A stretch of 64,000 nucleotides of DNA from an uncultured Ruminococcus sp. (GTDB lineage Bacteria; Bacillota; Clostridia; Oscillospirales; Ruminococcaceae), in assembly GCA_902783005.1 (NCBI GenBank), contig CACZPI010000059.1, positions 12,356 through 76,355 of the forward strand. The letters run 5' to 3'. Made by a program: the position numbers and the translations under genes. The notes beneath the pieces are model-generated. The model made no database searches. It saw nothing but the letters and a program-made list of their open reading frames with translations, and was not told the DNA's origin. Below, piece after piece: positions 19,210-26,251 of the stretch. Positions within the stretch are counted from its first letter, which is position 1. Each line of letters opens with the position of its first letter.

Positions 19210-19620
19210 TCAGAGAATGACAAGCTCCTCACGGTTTGCTTCTGTCCCCTCGATATGGAAGGAATTCAGAACAGGGCTATTCGCATCCTGCAAAGACAGG
19301 ATCAGATAACTTGCCCGGCTGTCAAAAGCCAGACGTTTATCCTCCTCAGAGGGACGCGACGGAGAGGCCGGATGTGAATGCCAGTTGCCCAGCGGAACAA
19401 ATCCACCTGCACGCATATCCTTGATCGCAGTAAGCTGTTCCTTGGGATCAAGTGTGAAATGCTCCTCGGCATGATCGATATTGGTCAGGATGTAGACACG
19501 TTCAATGTGCTTGTCATCGCCGTCGATCGTACCGCCGATCAGACCACACGCCTCCACCGGTGCTTCCTGTCTGGCATGTGCGAGAATACGTTCATAATCC
19601 TCTTTATGCATGGTGATCAT
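19210..19620 (-). CDS. JAMM/MPN+ metalloprotease (Mec+/HcyD/QbsD-like)
   Basis: EACGL upstream Glu and exact HxHx7SxxD motif (HSHPASPSRPSEED). ATGA overlap with the E1 gene stop fixes the start at 19620. Confidence 0.88.
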   Translation of the reverse strand: MITMHKEDYERILAHARQEAPVEACGLIGGTIDGDDKHIERVYILTNIDHAEEHFTLDPKEQLTAIKDMRAGGFVPLGNWHSHPASPSRPSEEDKRLAFDSRASYLILSLQDANSPVLNSFHIEGTEANREELVIL

Positions 19621-20429
19621 AATCCGGTTCCCTCGCATTCTGCCTGTTCATAGTCGATCAGCTTTGTAATGGTCGGATTGCTGCCGCATACCGGGCATTT
19701 GCTGGTATCGTGCGGAAGCGTGATCTTGCGGAAATCCATATTCAGTGCATCATACGTCAGGAGAGATCCCGTCAGGAGCTTACCCTGTCCGATGATATAT
19801 TTGACTGCTTCCATTGCCTGCAGGCTGCCGATCACACCGCCCATCGCACCAATGACGCCTGCCTGCTTGCAGGTCGGCACAGCGTCCTTTGGCGGCGGTT
19901 CCTTGAAGACACAGCGGTAGCAGGGGCCTTCTCCGGGGACATAGGTCATGAGCTGACCCTTGAAACGGATGATGCCGGCATGTGAAAACGGCTTTTTCGC
20001 CATGACGCAGGCATCATTGATCAGGAATTTCGCCGGGAAATTGTCTGTCCCGTCGAGGATGAAATCATAATCCTTGATGATGTCGAGGATGTTTTCACTC
20101 GTAATGAATTCGTGATACGTCACGACCTTCACATCCGGATTGATCGCTTCCATGGATTCTCTGGCAGACTCTACCTTGGGCTTGCCGATATCAGCAGTTG
20201 CATGAATGACCTGACGCTGGAGATTGGAGAGATCCACCTCATCTGCATCCGCAATGCCGATGGTACCGACACCCGCTGCTGCAAGGTACAATGCGGCCGG
20301 TGCTCCAAGCCCGCCAGCTCCGATGATCAGCACCTTTGCATTCAGCAGCTTCTTTTGTCCCTTCGCACCGACCTCCTTGAGGATGATGTGGCGGGAATAG
20401 CGTTCGATCTGCTCATTCGTTAATGCCAT
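19617..20429 (-). CDS. ThiF/MoeB/HesA-type E1-like adenylyltransferase (HcyF/MoeZ-like, no rhodanese domain)
   Basis: RYSRHI, GAGGLG, LQRQ, and zinc CxxC pairs CYRC and CPVC; 270 aa. ATG 20429 (MALTNEQIERY) lies inside the 3' end of the carrier gene. Confidence 0.9.
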   Translation of the reverse strand: MALTNEQIERYSRHIILKEVGAKGQKKLLNAKVLIIGAGGLGAPAALYLAAAGVGTIGIADADEVDLSNLQRQVIHATADIGKPKVESARESMEAINPDVKVVTYHEFITSENILDIIKDYDFILDGTDNFPAKFLINDACVMAKKPFSHAGIIRFKGQLMTYVPGEGPCYRCVFKEPPPKDAVPTCKQAGVIGAMGGVIGSLQAMEAVKYIIGQGKLLTGSLLTYDALNMDFRKITLPHDTSKCPVCGSNPTITKLIDYEQAECEGTGL

Positions 20430-20634
20430 ACTGACCGCCTCCCATGAAATACAGGAACTCCACACTGTCGCCGTCATGAAGCACCGTGCTCTCGAATGCG
20501 CCGCTCTCGACAAATTCATCATTGATGGTGACGGTCACATACTGCGGGGTCTCGACATTCTCATCAATCACCAGCTGTGCTACGGTCAGTCCGTCTGCAA
20601 CCTCTTTCTGTACGCCTGCTACTGTAATCTTCAT
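20413..20634 (-). CDS. ThiS/MoaD-like sulfur-carrier protein with GG followed by a 6-residue tail (..FMGGG-QYGINE)
   Basis: 73-aa beta-grasp-sized ORF (MKITVAGVQKEV..DSVEFLYFMGGGQYGINE). AAGGAGGA lies 7 nt before ATG 20634. The track start 20685 overlaps the thioredoxin gene. Confidence 0.85.
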   Translation of the reverse strand: MKITVAGVQKEVADGLTVAQLVIDENVETPQYVTVTINDEFVESGAFESTVLHDGDSVEFLYFMGGGQYGINE

Positions 20635-20647
20635 AATCGTTTCCTCC

Positions 20648-20962
20648 TTAAAGTGCTGCAATTGCAGCTTCAATTTCTTCTGCATTGACTGCGCCGCGCA
20701 GACGGTTCACCTCAGTGCCGCCCTGAAACAACACAAGCGTCGGTGCTGCCTGGATCTCATATTGTTCTGTCAAGGCTTCCTCATAGAGAATATTGACCTT
20801 GACAATCTTCACCTGCTCTCTGAACTGCTCCTCAAGCCGGGTCAGGATCGGAGACAGGCGCTTGCAGGGAATGCAGCTGTCGGAATAAAAATCAACCAGC
20901 ACCGGCTTCTCTGCGGCCAGTACCTCTGATTCAAATTCCGCTGCCGTAATGCGCTGTGCCAT
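20648..20962 (-). CDS. Thioredoxin-family protein with CIPC active site
   Basis: VLVDFYSDSCIPCKRL in place of the WCGPCK block, thioredoxin length (104 aa). ATG 20962 preceded by AGGTGGGGG. Confidence 0.88.
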   Translation of the reverse strand: MAQRITAAEFESEVLAAEKPVLVDFYSDSCIPCKRLSPILTRLEEQFREQVKIVKVNILYEEALTEQYEIQAAPTLVLFQGGTEVNRLRGAVNAEEIEAAIAAL

Positions 20963-20963
20963 G

Positions 20964-21209
20964 TCAATCCCCCACCTTTCTGACGATGAGGGTATAGGTT
21001 CCGTCGCCGTTGTCATCGAGCTTCAGGATCTTGTGTCCCTCCTCCTTGATGCTGCGCGGAACATTCTGCACCGGTTCTCCGTCGTTCATTCTGACAGCGA
21101 GAATATCGCCGTCGTCGAGTTCTTCAAGAGCCACCTTTGCCTTGACAAAGGTCACCGGGCAAACCACATCCGTAATATCTACGGTGTCTGTAATCGTAAT
21201 ATCAGCCAT
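20964..21209 (-). CDS. TusA/SirA-family sulfur-relay protein (81 aa)
   Basis: Conserved Cys-Pro motif DVVCPVTFVKAK followed by GDILAV..D. The ATG overlaps the sulfite reductase stop, with GGAGG upstream. Confidence 0.85.
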   Translation of the reverse strand: MADITITDTVDITDVVCPVTFVKAKVALEELDDGDILAVRMNDGEPVQNVPRSIKEEGHKILKLDDNGDGTYTLIVRKVGD

Positions 21210-22065
21210 TATGATACGCCTCCATGATTTTCTCATTAAATTTGTCCCACCCGATCCGGTCAAGCGTAAACTTAAAACGTTCCCCCGGAAGAGCATTGTC
21301 GTCAAAGAACTGAATTGCCGTGTCGCAGATGCGCATGAGCGTGTCATGATCCTCGATAAACGGGATCACTGCTTCACCCTTGGCAATGTGATTGCCGAAC
21401 AGTCCGCCAAAGCTGACGACATACCCCTGAATCGTGTCCCATGCATCCGTAGGACAGGCCTTGCAGCAGCGTCCGCAGAAGTTGCACAGGTCACTGTTGA
21501 CCGTGATCTTGCCATCCTCCAGCGCAATCGCCTTGCTGCGGCATGCCTTGACACAGACACCGCAGGAAATGCAGTCCGCTTCACGCCATGTCACCTTGAT
21601 GCCGCCCTTGATACCAAGATCATTCTCCTCGGCTTTCAGACAGTTGTTCTGGCAGCCGGTGATGCCAAACTTGAATTTATGCGGCAGCTCTCTCGCAAAA
21701 TACCGATCATCAAGCTCCTTGGCAAGCGCATAGGTATCAATACATCCGCTCGGACAAATCGCTGCGCCCTGACAGGCCGTAATGGTTCTGACACGAGGTC
21801 CGCAGACACCCGGCTCCACACCGCCGTCTGCAAGTGCTGCCTTCACGGAATCAATCTCCTCGAGCTTGATAAAGGGAATCTCAATACTCTGACGCGAGGT
21901 CAGATGCACATGACCGTCGCCGAATTGTTCTGCGACCTCTGCGATCTTGGCAAGCTGTACTGCCGTGACATTGCCGCCGACCACGCGCAGGCGCAGAGAA
22001 AAATGATTCTTCTGCTTCTGCCGCATAAAGCCGCCCTTTTTCAGTGTTCCGTAATCTACTGCCAT
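21202..22065 (-). CDS. Small siroheme sulfite/nitrite reductase family protein with inserted 2x[4Fe-4S] ferredoxin domain
   Basis: Siroheme-[4Fe-4S] ligand motifs CQGAAIC (Cx5C) and GCQNNC (Cx3C), ferredoxin motifs CISCGVCVKAC and CNFCGRCCKACP. ATG 22065 follows AAAGGAG by 8 nt. Confidence 0.85.
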   Translation of the reverse strand: MAVDYGTLKKGGFMRQKQKNHFSLRLRVVGGNVTAVQLAKIAEVAEQFGDGHVHLTSRQSIEIPFIKLEEIDSVKAALADGGVEPGVCGPRVRTITACQGAAICPSGCIDTYALAKELDDRYFARELPHKFKFGITGCQNNCLKAEENDLGIKGGIKVTWREADCISCGVCVKACRSKAIALEDGKITVNSDLCNFCGRCCKACPTDAWDTIQGYVVSFGGLFGNHIAKGEAVIPFIEDHDTLMRICDTAIQFFDDNALPGERFKFTLDRIGWDKFNEKIMEAYHNG

Positions 22066-22081
22066 GGTACTCACTCCTTTA

Positions 22082-23311
22082 TTATGACTGTGATGCTTCT
22101 ATTGCCTGGGAAAAATCCGCGATCAGATCTTCGGCGTCTTCAATTCCGACACTGATGCGGATGGTGTCGCTGTATACCCCCGCAAGCTCTTGTTCCGCTT
22201 CGCTGCTATGCGCATAGATCGTACTTGCCGGATGAATAACAAGCGTCCGGACATCTCCGATATTCGTAGCGATCTTCGCATATTGCAGGTGATTCATCAG
22301 ACGAAACGCCCGTTCCTTACTACCTGTACGGATGGTCAGGATCGCACCGCCCTTCCCGCCGAACTGGGCTTCAGCCAGTGTATGAGACGGACTGGAGGCA
22401 AGGCCGGGATAATTAACTTCGATCCCCGGTGTATGAGCAAAGAATTCCGCGAGCTTCTGTGCATTACAACAGATTTTTTCCATCCGCAGACCTAAAGTTT
22501 CCAGGCCGATGGTATTCAGAAATGCATGAAACGGTGCCAGACAACAGCCTGTATTGCGCCAGATGTCATTCCGGAGTCTTGCCAGATAAGCAAATTTCCC
22601 GAAGCGCTTATACTCAGAAAATCCAGGATAGCGCTCCGGATTCCAGCTGAAATGTCCGCTGTCAATAATCACACCGCTGATCGCATCACCGCTTCCGTTG
22701 ATATACTTGGAAGTCGAATGGATCACAACATCCGCACCGTATTCAAACGGATGCACAAGATACGGTGTTGCCGTTGTGCTGTCGATCAGCAAAGGAATAC
22801 CGTGCTTGTGACACACCTCTGAAACCGCCCGGATATCAACGATATCCAGCTTCGGATTGCCAATCAGCTCGGTGAATACTGCTTTTGTGCGATCGTTAAT
22901 CAAGGATCCGACCGATTCGGCAGTAATGGAATCTGCAAATCTTGTCACAATTCCAAATGCCTGGAGGTCACGCAAAAGATCAATTGTACCTCCGAATAGC
23001 CCTGCTCCGGCAATGATCTCATCTCCGGATTGCAGGATATTCAGAAGAGACATTGTAACCGCCGCCATTCCCGAGGAACAGGCTACTGCGCCGATGCCCC
23101 CTTCTAAAGCCGCGATCCGCTTTTCAAAGGCATCTACTGTCGGATTCCCGATCCGGGAATATGCAAAACCCGGTGCTTTGTTATGGAATACCTCCTCGAG
23201 CTTTTCAGCAGATCCGTGAGAAAATGCGCTGACCTGATAGACAGGCGGCAGCGTCGCACCGTTCGGATCGGATGCATCCGCTTTATGTAAAAGTGCTGTA
23301 TTGAACTGCAT
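22082..23311 (-). CDS. metY: O-acetylhomoserine sulfhydrylase-type PLP enzyme (Cys/Met metabolism family)
   Basis: Family blocks YSRIGNPT, SGMAA and the PLP-lysine motif HSTSKYINGSGD. Two in-frame ATGs: 23317 is 3 nt from the AAGGGAG SD, 23311 is 9 nt from it and was chosen. Confidence 0.9.
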   Translation of the reverse strand: MQFNTALLHKADASDPNGATLPPVYQVSAFSHGSAEKLEEVFHNKAPGFAYSRIGNPTVDAFEKRIAALEGGIGAVACSSGMAAVTMSLLNILQSGDEIIAGAGLFGGTIDLLRDLQAFGIVTRFADSITAESVGSLINDRTKAVFTELIGNPKLDIVDIRAVSEVCHKHGIPLLIDSTTATPYLVHPFEYGADVVIHSTSKYINGSGDAISGVIIDSGHFSWNPERYPGFSEYKRFGKFAYLARLRNDIWRNTGCCLAPFHAFLNTIGLETLGLRMEKICCNAQKLAEFFAHTPGIEVNYPGLASSPSHTLAEAQFGGKGGAILTIRTGSKERAFRLMNHLQYAKIATNIGDVRTLVIHPASTIYAHSSEAEQELAGVYSDTIRISVGIEDAEDLIADFSQAIEASQS

Positions 23312-23335
23312 GGACATTCACTCCCTTAGTTGTGT

Positions 23336-23356
23336 TGTAGGAACAATATTATTATA
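23336..23356 (-). promoter_or_regulatory. Operator-like element overlapping -10/+1 of the sulfur operon (TATAATAATATTGTTCCTACA on minus)
   Basis: 19/21 identical to 10208-10228. The TTCCTA core resembles the ATTCCKA half of the reverse-complemented CymR box. Confidence 0.5.
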
Positions 23357-23379
23357 GCCTATTAAACATAGTAAGTCAA
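23351..23379 (-). promoter_or_regulatory. sigma-A promoter of the metY-to-cysN operon (TTGACT-17-TATAAT)
   Basis: Perfect hexamers read on the minus strand. This leaves a 5' UTR of only ~25-30 nt, so there is no room for an S-box or T-box. Confidence 0.75.
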
Positions 23380-23454
23380 TATGCTTTATGAATATTCTAT
23401 CAATATAACATATATAACCAGTAGGTTAAGTATAGATTTGTTGAAAATACCCAC

Positions 23455-23483
23455 TTGTTTTTTCAGTCCTGTCATGCTATAAT
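23455..23483 (+). promoter_or_regulatory. Candidate promoter of the Rrf2 regulator gene (TTGTTT-17-TGcTATAAT)
   Basis: Extended -10. Divergent from the metY promoter with ~75 nt between the -35 boxes. Confidence 0.55.
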
Positions 23484-23542
23484 AACTATATACATATGTT
23501 TACTATGTTTTAAGAATACAAACTTGAAAGGAAGTGATCGTC

Positions 23543-23992
23543 ATGAAGATCTCCACCAAGGTCGAATGCGGTATCATCGCACTGGTGGACATCTGTATCC
23601 ATGCCGACGGAGATGAGGTCGTGACCATTGTAACAATCGCACGGCGACAGAACCTCTCGGCAAAATATCTCGAACAGATCGTTCCTCTGTTGAAACACGC
23701 TGATATCATACGAAGCGTCAAAGGTGCCAAGGGCGGATACAGACTCTCACGCTCGCCGCAACAGATCAATATGAAACAAGTGGTAACAGCACTCGACAGC
23801 ACTGTGCTGAGCGATGCGGTATTCGATCAGATGGAACAGACGCATATCATCTCAGCGATAGACAAATGCATGTGGAACAGGATGTCTGATTCGCTTCGCA
23901 ATATTGCAGAGCAGATCACCCTTGCGGATATTGCGGAGCATTACGGACAGATCTCTGATGAAAATGCAGAACAGCTGATGTACTATATCTAA
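23543..23992 (+). CDS. Rrf2-family transcriptional regulator (CymR/IscR-like)
   Basis: Winged-helix block MKISTKVECGIIALVDI..IARRQNLSAKYLEQIVPLLKHADIIRSVKGAKGGYRL. ATG 23543 follows AAAGGAAG. No three-Cys cluster motif is evident, so it is CymR-like rather than IscR-like. Confidence 0.88.
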   Translation: MKISTKVECGIIALVDICIHADGDEVVTIVTIARRQNLSAKYLEQIVPLLKHADIIRSVKGAKGGYRLSRSPQQINMKQVVTALDSTVLSDAVFDQMEQTHIISAIDKCMWNRMSDSLRNIAEQITLADIAEHYGQISDENAEQLMYYI

Positions 23993-24003
23993 TTCTATGT
24001 TTG

Positions 24004-24036
24004 AAAAACGGCTAAGAAATTCTTAGCCGTTTTTGT
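24004..24036. terminator. Bidirectional intrinsic terminator (Rrf2 gene / lrp)
   Basis: AAAAACGGCTAAGA-aat-TCTTAGCCGTTTTT palindrome flanked by A and T runs. Confidence 0.85.
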
Positions 24037-24052
24037 TTCTTTTGAAACGCAT

Positions 24053-24496
24053 TCAGTTTTTGGTGACGACTGAAACACTTCGCGGCGGCACCGGCGTTGA
24101 GAAGACAATCTGCGTCGAAGTCTTGCCAAACCGCGACAGCTCACCGATAAATGTATCCAACTCCTGCGTGCTCGGAAATGCAACCTTGATCAGCATGGAG
24201 TATTCCCCTGTCACACAATTGCATTCCAGGACATTGGGACAAGCCTGGACAAATCCGTAAAATTCAGGCTTTCGCTTCGTTTCCAGATCCAGACTGATAA
24301 ATGCGGTAATATGATAGCCCAGCTTCTGCCTGTCGATCTGTGCATGATACCCCTGAATGAGTTGCTGCGCTTCCAGTTTTTCAATCCGCGCTGAAACGGC
24401 AGGTGCAGACAGAAACACCTGTGCAGCAATCGCCTTGAGCGGCATCCGTGCATTCTGCTGAAGAATCTCTATCAGCTTTTCATCAATCTGATCCAT
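24053..24496 (-). CDS. Lrp/AsnC-family transcriptional regulator
   Basis: HTH_AsnC N-terminus (DEKLIEILQQNARMPLKAIAAQVFLSAPAVSARIEKLE) and a RAM domain. AAGGAGG RBS. Confidence 0.9.
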   Translation of the reverse strand: MDQIDEKLIEILQQNARMPLKAIAAQVFLSAPAVSARIEKLEAQQLIQGYHAQIDRQKLGYHITAFISLDLETKRKPEFYGFVQACPNVLECNCVTGEYSMLIKVAFPSTQELDTFIGELSRFGKTSTQIVFSTPVPPRSVSVVTKN

Positions 24497-24512
24497 AGGT
24501 TACCTCCTTTAT

Positions 24513-24551
24513 GAAAAAAAGCGTATTTCTCCCTTATTGGAGAAATACGCT
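24513..24551 (-). terminator. Strong intrinsic terminator hairpin directly upstream of the lrp RBS
   Basis: On minus: GCGTATTTCTCC-aataag-GGAGAAATACGC followed by T7, then CATAAAGGAGG..ATG of lrp. Confidence 0.75.
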
Positions 24552-24619
24552 TCATTGCGTAAATTACATTCAATTCCTGTGACAAACAGACTGTATTGCG
24601 TTATGTAAACGTGCAGTAA

Positions 24620-25207
24620 TCAGGACTGTACCTTCTTCTGCTCCGCAGCTTCCGCCTTTGCAAGCTGCTGTGCGGCATCATTCTTGACCGGTTCATTCTT
24701 CTTCTTTCTGAGCTTGTCCAGCTTTGCACGGCGATCCTGGAGATCCTTCAGAGAATTGGTGTAGAAGCCCTCCGCTTCACGGAAGCGGTTGCTGATATAG
24801 GTATCGGTAGCCTGCTTGATGGCTTCGCACTCAGCCTTGGCTCTCTGGATATCCTGCTGTGCAGCGGCACGCAGGTCATCACATTCCTTCTTGGCCTTGG
24901 TAACAGCCTCAACGGCACGATTCTTTGCCTCACGAACAATGGCTTCTTCGGAAACAAGCACCTTTGCACGCTCCTCAGACTGACGAACGATCTGCTCAGC
25001 CTTTGCCTCAGCTTCCTTGATGATGCGGTCACGGTCAAATGCAACCATTTTCGCATGCTTGATCTCCTGCGGCAGATTCAGACGGATATCATTGATCAGT
25101 TCACGCAGACGCTCACCGTCAATAATCGACTTGTGCGTTGCAAGCGGAACATGGGACGCTTTATCCAGAAGCTCGTCCATATCATCTAAAATTTCTTCAA
25201 TACTCAT
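24620..25207 (-). CDS. Coiled-coil protein (ATPase stalk-subunit-like), function unknown
   Basis: 195-aa ORF rich in A/E/K heptads (EAEAKAEQIVRQSEERAKVL). 11-nt overlap with the coaD 3' end. Confidence 0.8.
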   Translation of the reverse strand: MSIEEILDDMDELLDKASHVPLATHKSIIDGERLRELINDIRLNLPQEIKHAKMVAFDRDRIIKEAEAKAEQIVRQSEERAKVLVSEEAIVREAKNRAVEAVTKAKKECDDLRAAAQQDIQRAKAECEAIKQATDTYISNRFREAEGFYTNSLKDLQDRRAKLDKLRKKKNEPVKNDAAQQLAKAEAAEQKKVQS

Positions 25208-25700
25208 TATGATCCTCCTTAATAAGCCGCTTTTGAATGGTTTCTAAGATACACTCGGGCACAAAAGGACTGATGTCCCCGCCGAAGTATGCAACCTGCT
25301 TGACAACGCTCGAGCTCAGATACATATTTTCCTTACTCGTCGTCAGAAATACAGTTTCTGCGCCTTCATACAAAACCTTATTTGTCAGCGCCATCTGAAA
25401 TTCATACTCAAAATCGCTGACTGCACGCAGACCCTTGACAATCGCCACTGCATGTACACGCCGGACATAGTCTACCAGCAGACCGTCGAGAATGTCGATC
25501 ACCACATTATCCAGATGCGCTGTCGCATCTGCAATCATCATCATACGCTCTGTCGCTGTAAAGCTGGCAGTATTCTTTGTAGCATTCGTAGAGATCAGCA
25601 CGATGACCTTGTCAAACAGTGTTGATGCACGGGTGATGATATCCAGATGACCGAGCGTGACCGGATCAAAGCTGCCGGGACACACCGCAACTCTTCTCAA
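25197..25700 (-). CDS. coaD: Phosphopantetheine adenylyltransferase
   Basis: VCPGSFDPVTLGHLDI signature. TTG start overlapping the rsmD stop (TTGA). Confidence 0.92.
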   Translation of the reverse strand: MRRVAVCPGSFDPVTLGHLDIITRASTLFDKVIVLISTNATKNTASFTATERMMMIADATAHLDNVVIDILDGLLVDYVRRVHAVAIVKGLRAVSDFEYEFQMALTNKVLYEGAETVFLTTSKENMYLSSSVVKQVAYFGGDISPFVPECILETIQKRLIKEDHNEY

Positions 25701-26251
25701 GATTCCTCAACCTCCTCCGGTTTCAGCAGTGATACTACTATTTTACCATAAAAATATTCTTTTTGCAACCTTAAATTCAAAATTTTTTCCGGTAAGATGC
25801 AATTTTTTTCATGCTCTGCAATAACCGCACCTCCCGGACGCACCAAAGGTGCCAGAAGCGGCAGGATCTTGCCAAGAATATCCATCCGATACGGCGGATC
25901 AAGCAGTACAATATCATAGCTTTCCGGCCGCTGCATCGCGATAAACTGCTCTGCTGCCATCTTGTGCAGCTCAGCGCGGTCGATCAGATGCGTTTTCTTC
26001 AGGTTCTGCTTGACAACATCCAGTGACTTCTGGGACAGATCTACAAATACAGCTTGCTTTGCACCGCGGCTGAGCGCTTCGATCCCGAGCTGCCCGGAGC
26101 CGGCAAAGAGATCGAGCACCCTTGCCCCCGGTACATCGAACTGAATTGCCGAAAACATACCCTCCTTGACACGGTCAGTCGTGGGACGCACATCCAGTCC
26201 CTCGAGTGTATCAAGGCGAATTCCCCTTGCGCTGCCTGTGATTACCCTCAT
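25697..26251 (-). CDS. rsmD: 16S rRNA (guanine966-N2)-methyltransferase
   Basis: RPTTDRVKEGMFS, DLFAGSGQLGIEALSRGA and LLDPPY motifs. ATGA overlap with uvrC. Confidence 0.92.
   Translation of the reverse strand: MRVITGSARGIRLDTLEGLDVRPTTDRVKEGMFSAIQFDVPGARVLDLFAGSGQLGIEALSRGAKQAVFVDLSQKSLDVVKQNLKKTHLIDRAELHKMAAEQFIAMQRPESYDIVLLDPPYRMDILGKILPLLAPLVRPGGAVIAEHEKNCILPEKILNLRLQKEYFYGKIVVSLLKPEEVEES

Noticed and set aside
19617-20634. ThiS/ThiF pair as thiamine biosynthesis, or MoaD/MoeB pair as molybdopterin biosynthesis.
   Set aside because: No thiG/thiH/thiE or moaE/moaA genes are nearby. Instead the pair is coupled to a JAMM protease, MetY, a sulfite reductase and sulfate activation genes. 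That is the context of CysO/HcyS-type amino-acid sulfur carriers.
23318-23350. S-box (SAM) or T-box leader upstream of metY; likewise upstream of metF (13674-13705), hisZ (62394-62488) and the GCL cassette (10214-10277).
   Set aside because: The distance from the predicted -10 to the start codon is ~25-85 nt, too short for these ~100-250-nt elements. None of the conserved S-box or T-box (AGAGA, specifier, T-box 14-mer) strings were seen.
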